Under the pieces are notes generated by a model. That model saw only the letters and a program-made list of their open reading frames with translations, made no database searches and was not told where the DNA came from. Below are positions 27,813-32,553 of a DNA stretch of 32,553 bases, one piece after another (within the stretch, counting starts at the first letter, position 1; every line of letters starts with the position of its first letter). A program made the position numbers and the translations under genes. The DNA is from an uncultured Propionibacteriaceae bacterium (lineage in GTDB: Bacteria > Actinomycetota > Actinomycetes > Propionibacteriales > Propionibacteriaceae): NCBI GenBank assembly GCA_945875065.1, contig CAMCJC010000001.1, forward strand, positions 1-32,553, read 5' to 3'.

Positions 27813-29252
27813 TTACCGTTCGATCCAGGGCACCTCTAGGTCTACCGCAGCGTCGGCGCTCTCGAACCGAGACCAGGCCTCTGCCGCCCCCGGGGCCAGG
27901 AGGTCCTTGGGGCACCGCGCGATCAAGTCTCGCAACTCCAGCTTCGCACTACCCAGTTCCAGGATGCGACGCCGGTCGTCACGCTCAGCCAGCCAGGCCT
28001 CCTCAAGCCGCAGGCACCGCAGGCGCTGCTCGATGACCCGCCTGGCAAGGACGGCCTCCCTGGGCGCCGCCTCGGATGTGACTACCGCGGCCCGCGAATA
28101 GCCGTGATCGTGGAAGAGCCGCAACAGCGCCGGATCGACTGTCATGGCGTCATGCACGTTGACTTCGGGTGCGATGACGATGGCACCGACCGAGTGGGCA
28201 TAGGCATGCTCGTCACGACCGGACTCGTCCATCAGGATTTCGGTGGCGCGCATGACGACCTGGAAGATGTCCGCACCTGCCATGGAGCTTCGCGGCGGCA
28301 CCCCGTCGTTCTGCGAGGACACGACATAGGTGCGACCTGCCCCAAGGTGCCCGATCGCCATCTCGGCCGGTAGGTTTTCGCGGGCGCCGCCGTCGACATA
28401 GGTCTCGGCGCCCACTGGGACGGGGCGGAACACCCCCGGCAGCGCACACGAGGCTAGGACGCCTCTGGTCAGGGAGTGGGGGCCGGCGTCGATGACACGG
28501 TCGGCACGGTCGACGAGTGCACCGTCCTGCCGCATGAAGTGGAGGCGCCCGGTCTCCAGGGCAACCATCGCGATCCGCAGCTCAATGCCCGACGCAGCGA
28601 CGCGGGCAGGGTCAAACGTCGCTGGTTCCAGGAGCTTGCCGAGCACCGGGCCCGGCCGATACATGGACCGCGATTGCTCCAACCCGGCGCGGGCCGCGAC
28701 AAGATCGCCGCCGAGTTTGGGCAGGCGACCGAGGTTCCCGGCGAGCTGCGCCATGAGGCCGAGCGACAGGTCGGCACGCGGCTCCTCATCGGGGGTCAGC
28801 GCCTCCTCGACAGGGTCCTCCTCGACCTCGGGTTCGGGGCGGCGACGGCGTAATGACAGCCACGACCGCTGCGGTGGCTCCGAGGGCTTGGCACTTTGGC
28901 CGACGAGTTCCAGCCAGGCAGGAGCCTCCGTAAGGATGCGTGCCAGCCACGGCCTAGGCGTAAACATGTCCTCCGGGCTCCGCATGCCCAGCCACAGCTC
29001 ACTGAGGCGGTTCAGGAATCCGCGCTGCCCGTCGGCGTCGGCGTACTGGGCCAGGCCAGAGGCGAGGATCGCCCCAGCGGATGTGCCGACAAAAACCTTC
29101 GGGGTGAAATCCTGATCATGCTCGTAGAGGTATGTCAGGGCGCCGATCTGGAAGCTAGCGCGCGAGCCACCGCCGGACAGGACGCAGGCGGTGGTAGCCG
29201 CCTCGGGCTCGCGATCGAAGAACGGAAGCCCGAACCACCCTCTGCCAGCCAT
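27813..29252 (-). CDS. Patatin-like phospholipase
   Basis: LSGGGSR oxyanion motif, GTSAG nucleophile, ASCALPGVF and YVDGG catalytic Asp. Confidence 0.9.
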   Translation of the reverse strand: MAGRGWFGLPFFDREPEAATTACVLSGGGSRASFQIGALTYLYEHDQDFTPKVFVGTSAGAILASGLAQYADADGQRGFLNRLSELWLGMRSPEDMFTPRPWLARILTEAPAWLELVGQSAKPSEPPQRSWLSLRRRRPEPEVEEDPVEEALTPDEEPRADLSLGLMAQLAGNLGRLPKLGGDLVAARAGLEQSRSMYRPGPVLGKLLEPATFDPARVAASGIELRIAMVALETGRLHFMRQDGALVDRADRVIDAGPHSLTRGVLASCALPGVFRPVPVGAETYVDGGARENLPAEMAIGHLGAGRTYVVSSQNDGVPPRSSMAGADIFQVVMRATEILMDESGRDEHAYAHSVGAIVIAPEVNVHDAMTVDPALLRLFHDHGYSRAAVVTSEAAPREAVLARRVIEQRLRCLRLEEAWLAERDDRRRILELGSAKLELRDLIARCPKDLLAPGAAEAWSRFESADAAVDLEVPWIER

Positions 29253-29528
29253 AGTCGCAGTCTAAGACCTTGTCCGAGGCAAACCGCTCTGTGGTTCACC
29301 CTGAACCTGAAGTGCCGCTTGAGGTCAATCTCACGATGCCCGGACGTCGTCGTCAACACCCCACCCTGGCCAGAAGTTACGTTTCTGTCACCCGAAAGTA
29401 CGACGGAATCAAAACCCTGTGGGGCGGGGCCGAGAGTCGAAGCGGGCCTCGAACTACATCGGTGTGATTAACGAAGGTATAGGAATGCGAATCGACGACG
29501 GCCTCTCCTTTGCCTCAGCGCTTCTGGC

Positions 29529-29557
29529 TTGTAGGACGCCTTTGACGTTCCTAGCCT
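29529..29557 (+). promoter_or_regulatory. Candidate sigmaA promoter of the SH3b hydrolase gene
   Basis: TTGTAG-17 nt-TAGCCT. Confidence 0.45.
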
Positions 29558-29635
29558 CAAACGGTCGGTGAGGCTGGGGGTTCCACGACCCTGGGGAAGC
29601 AGCCCACCGGCACTGAAAGACAATTCGGAGGAATC

Positions 29636-30982
29636 GTGAAACGGATCGTGCAAACCAGGCGAGCGGTGCTAACCGCTGGCGTGGCCGCAGGCATCCTGCA
29701 GACGGTGGGCTCCCTAGCATTTGTGCGCGGGGCCGACGCCGCCGCGACGGCCGTGCTAGCAACCACCACCGTCAACGTCCGGAAGGGGCCGGGCACCCGC
29801 TACGAAAAGATCGGCAGGCTACGCAAAGGCGACCGCGTTGGCTTCCTCGGTGCCGAGGGCAACTGGACGAAGGTCGAATACAAAGGAAAGCCCGGATACG
29901 TCTACTCGAAGTACCTCACGGATGAAGGCGGCAGCTCATCGGGTGGTGGTTCGGCGAAGGGCACCGTGTATGTCACCGAGAATCTCAACCTGCGTACTAA
30001 ACCGAGCCTGTCCGCCACGATCCGCACCGTCGCTTCGAAGGGCACCAGGCTTGGGTCAACCGGCCAAACCAGTGGCCAGTTCACACAAGTCATCTGGAAC
30101 AACCAGACGCTATGGGGTGCGACCCGCTACCTGAGCAGCGAACCCGCATCCGACGGCACCCCGACCGCGACCAAGAAGATGCGCGCCACTGCGGATCTGA
30201 TGATCCGCACAACGCCCGATCGCAACTACAAGTCGCTGGGAGACGTCCCCAAAGGCACCATCCTCGATTGCACTGACACCGTCACCAACGGCATGCAGCA
30301 GGCCTTGTGGCAGGGCAATGCGCGGTGGTTCAACGCCAAATACCTCAAGGCGGTGAATGGCTCCGCAAGCCCGGCACCGGACGGCGGCGGCTCTACCACC
30401 ACCAAGTTCGCCACAGCGGAACTGAACGTCTGGATTTCGGCGACCGGCAGCAAGTTCTCCGGCACGATCGCCAAGGGCAGCGAAGTGCAGGTGACCGGCA
30501 CCGTCACCTCGGGCCGGGCTCAGATCATCCACAACGGAGCGACGCGCTGGGTCACGGCCCGCTACGTCAGTGCCTCTGCGCCGGCGAGCGGCGGCGGGGA
30601 CGGTGGATCGCTCAACCGCGGCTGGTCCAGCGGCCTGGATAAGACGAATGCGAACGTGAAAAAGATCGTCCGTCACGTGTGGGCCAACATGACGCAGATC
30701 AAGACGATGTATGGCTGGCGCCGCGACGTAACCCCGGATCATCCCGCGGGGCGCGCAGTGGACATCATGATCCCGAACTACCGCTCCAACAAAGCGCTGG
30801 GTCAGGAGATCGCCGAGTACTTCAAAGCGAATCACAGCGAGTTCCGGATCCACTACATCATCTGGAATCAGAAGATCTGGAATGTCTCCCGCAGCAAGGA
30901 AGGCTGGCGGGCCATGGCCAGTCGCGGCAGCGACACCGCCAACCACAAGGACCACGTGCACATCACGTGTTACGACAACTAG
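29636..30982 (+). CDS. Secreted cell-wall hydrolase: 4 SH3b repeats plus C-terminal Zn-peptidase-like (M15/LAS-type) domain
   Basis: Signal with TRRAVL. Repeats VNVRKGPG, LNLRTKPS, LMIRTTP and LNVW ending in YV.S.YL-like motifs. C-terminal DHPAGRAVD...YIIW...NH.DHVH. GGAGGA RBS. Confidence 0.82.
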   Translation: MKRIVQTRRAVLTAGVAAGILQTVGSLAFVRGADAAATAVLATTTVNVRKGPGTRYEKIGRLRKGDRVGFLGAEGNWTKVEYKGKPGYVYSKYLTDEGGSSSGGGSAKGTVYVTENLNLRTKPSLSATIRTVASKGTRLGSTGQTSGQFTQVIWNNQTLWGATRYLSSEPASDGTPTATKKMRATADLMIRTTPDRNYKSLGDVPKGTILDCTDTVTNGMQQALWQGNARWFNAKYLKAVNGSASPAPDGGGSTTTKFATAELNVWISATGSKFSGTIAKGSEVQVTGTVTSGRAQIIHNGATRWVTARYVSASAPASGGGDGGSLNRGWSSGLDKTNANVKKIVRHVWANMTQIKTMYGWRRDVTPDHPAGRAVDIMIPNYRSNKALGQEIAEYFKANHSEFRIHYIIWNQKIWNVSRSKEGWRAMASRGSDTANHKDHVHITCYDN

Positions 30983-30988
30983 CAATTT

Positions 30989-31020
30989 GGCCCGGGGGTT
31001 TCCCCGGGCCGTTTGTGTTT
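30989..31020 (+). terminator. Intrinsic terminator between convergent genes
   Basis: GGCCCGGGG-GTTT-CCCCGGGCC followed by GTTTGTGTTT, 6 nt after the stop at 30982. Confidence 0.8.
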
Positions 31021-32553
31021 AGGACGTGACGTCGACGACGCCGATGGCGCCGCGCTCGGCGTCGAGGAATGCGTGATCGACGACCGTGTAATGACCAGCC
31101 TCGGGGAACGTGAGTTCGACGAAGCCGCCTTGGGCCGCTTCAAGCCCGAGGGCCTGCGATCCACCCCCGGTGTGCCCGAAGGCATCGACACGATCCTTGA
31201 GCTGGTAGCCACCCTCGAAATAGACGGTGTCGAACTGAGCGCCGACGATGTGGAAGCTGGTGCTGAGGTTCGGCCCTACGGCTAGGACCCAGAACCGGAC
31301 CTTCTCGCCCACCTTCGCTCGGAACGGCTGTTGCACGTACTGGAAGGCGACGCCGTTGAATGTCGCGTAGTCCGGTTCCAGTGTCTGGGCGCCAGCGGAG
31401 TCGACGTCTGCCGCCGTGTCTGCGCTGCCACCGGTCCCGTCGGCGACATAAGCCTCGGAAGCGACGACGACGTACTCCCGATCGACCTGCGGTAGCCCTT
31501 CCTTCGGCTCGACGATCACGGCGCCGTGCATACCGGCGGCAATGTGAGACGAGATTGGCGCGGTGCCGCAGTGGTACATCCAAATGCCTGCGCGCTCGGC
31601 GGTGAACCGGTAGACGAGTGACTCGCCTGGCGCGATCGTGCGCATCGGCCCGTCGGGCGCGAGATTGCTGGCGTGGAAATCAATCGAGTGCCCGATCGAC
31701 CCGTCATTGATGAGCGTGATCTCGAACACGTCTCCGACGCGCCCCCGCAGCGTGGGGCCGACCGGGCCGCCGTTGAACGTCCACCGCCGCTGCCACACCC
31801 CTGGTGCGACCTCCAACGGTACCTCCTTCACGCGCATCTCGACGCGGTGCACGGTATCGTCGACCGGCTTCGGGGCCACCGGGTCGACGGTGGTCTGGAG
31901 GGTGGCGGAGTCTGCCTGGGCCGGCGCGTGACCGTGTCCGGCCGGTGCCGCGCCATCCCCAGAGACCTTGAGTGTGAACGTCATGCCCGCCTGGTGGTGT
32001 CCGACGACGGTGCACCAGCCCTCGGCGCTTTCCCCGACGATGCCCAGATCCAGCTCGGCGTTCTCGCCGACCGCAAGGCGCGGCGTGGTTTGCCCGAGGA
32101 GAGTTAGATCATGGACGGTCTTGGAGTCAGCGTTGCTGAGCTCAATGACGACGCGATCGCCCGCCGCGACCTCAGCCGCATCCGGCACGAACCGCATGTC
32201 CTGCGCGGTGACCTGGACACGGACTGTGTTTCCCGTCGGCGTCACCTGCTTTCCGCCAGCGGAGCCGCCGACGGCCAACGGATCGAGGCCGACGCCGATC
32301 GTGACCGCGACCGTTAAGGCCATTACCCCCGCCAGGAACCCGGATGCGGTCATCGCCGAAGGGCGCTCAGCAACCTTGACAGGCTTGGCGGCCTCGCCCT
32401 CGGCCGCGATCGCCTTACGCTCGGCGATGGCCGCCCTGATTCCCTTGATCATCAGGGGCAAGAACAGTCCAGCCGAGGCGACGCCGACCGTCGCGGATGC
32501 CCCTTTCACCAGAGCTGGTGTGGGTGTGAGGACTAGCAGGAGGGCGCCATTGA
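31019..32553 (-). CDS. nirK: Multidomain copper-containing nitrite reductase (TM region + cupredoxin + NirK core), 5'-partial
   Basis: HSIDFHA, WMYHC...HIAAGM.G, SFHIVG and VDH Cu ligands. Extra cupredoxin HDL...WCTVVGH.QAGM. The frame stays open to the window end (NGALLLVLTPTPALV...). Confidence 0.85.
   Translation of the reverse strand, partial: NGALLLVLTPTPALVKGASATVGVASAGLFLPLMIKGIRAAIAERKAIAAEGEAAKPVKVAERPSAMTASGFLAGVMALTVAVTIGVGLDPLAVGGSAGGKQVTPTGNTVRVQVTAQDMRFVPDAAEVAAGDRVVIELSNADSKTVHDLTLLGQTTPRLAVGENAELDLGIVGESAEGWCTVVGHHQAGMTFTLKVSGDGAAPAGHGHAPAQADSATLQTTVDPVAPKPVDDTVHRVEMRVKEVPLEVAPGVWQRRWTFNGGPVGPTLRGRVGDVFEITLINDGSIGHSIDFHASNLAPDGPMRTIAPGESLVYRFTAERAGIWMYHCGTAPISSHIAAGMHGAVIVEPKEGLPQVDREYVVVASEAYVADGTGGSADTAADVDSAGAQTLEPDYATFNGVAFQYVQQPFRAKVGEKVRFWVLAVGPNLSTSFHIVGAQFDTVYFEGGYQLKDRVDAFGHTGGGSQALGLEAAQGGFVELTFPEAGHYTVVDHAFLDAERGAIGVVDVTS

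Noticed and set aside
29253-29635. c-di-AMP (ydaO) riboswitch expected upstream of a wall hydrolase
   Set aside because: The hallmark GCCGAATCC and CCCGAACCCGTCAGCTAACCCGGTAGGC-like segments are not present.
1-32553. CRISPR arrays, IS elements, prophage genes, rRNA
   Set aside because: No regularly spaced repeats, transposase or phage motifs, or rRNA sequence recognised.

Overview
High-GC actinobacterial chromosome segment (gene content and style suggest Propionibacteriales such as Tessaracoccus/Arachnia; this is inference). In order: the 5' end of a secreted protein; a two-gene glucose-family PTS (EIIA-HPr-EI triple fusion plus a PtsG-like EIIBC with an extra Cys-less EIIB); a compact Tad/Flp pilus locus ending in a transmembrane LysM-BTAD regulator; a TPP-riboswitch-controlled thiamine ECF transporter; DUF6049-like protein and murJ-pseudokinase; a DUF299 kinase/pyrophosphorylase; a CDF transporter; a small membrane-anchored protein; tRNA-Lys; a TetR/MDR oxidoreductase pair; an aldo-keto reductase pseudogene; amylosucrase-like GH13; patatin; a Tat-signal SH3b-repeat cell-wall peptidase; and a partial multidomain copper nitrite reductase. 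The most striking observation is the 197-aa 'hypothetical' at 22912-23505. It looks like a stand-alone, membrane-tethered GroEL apical (substrate-binding) domain, i.e. a possible natural 'minichaperone'. All family calls come from motifs recognised by eye, and no database searches were run.
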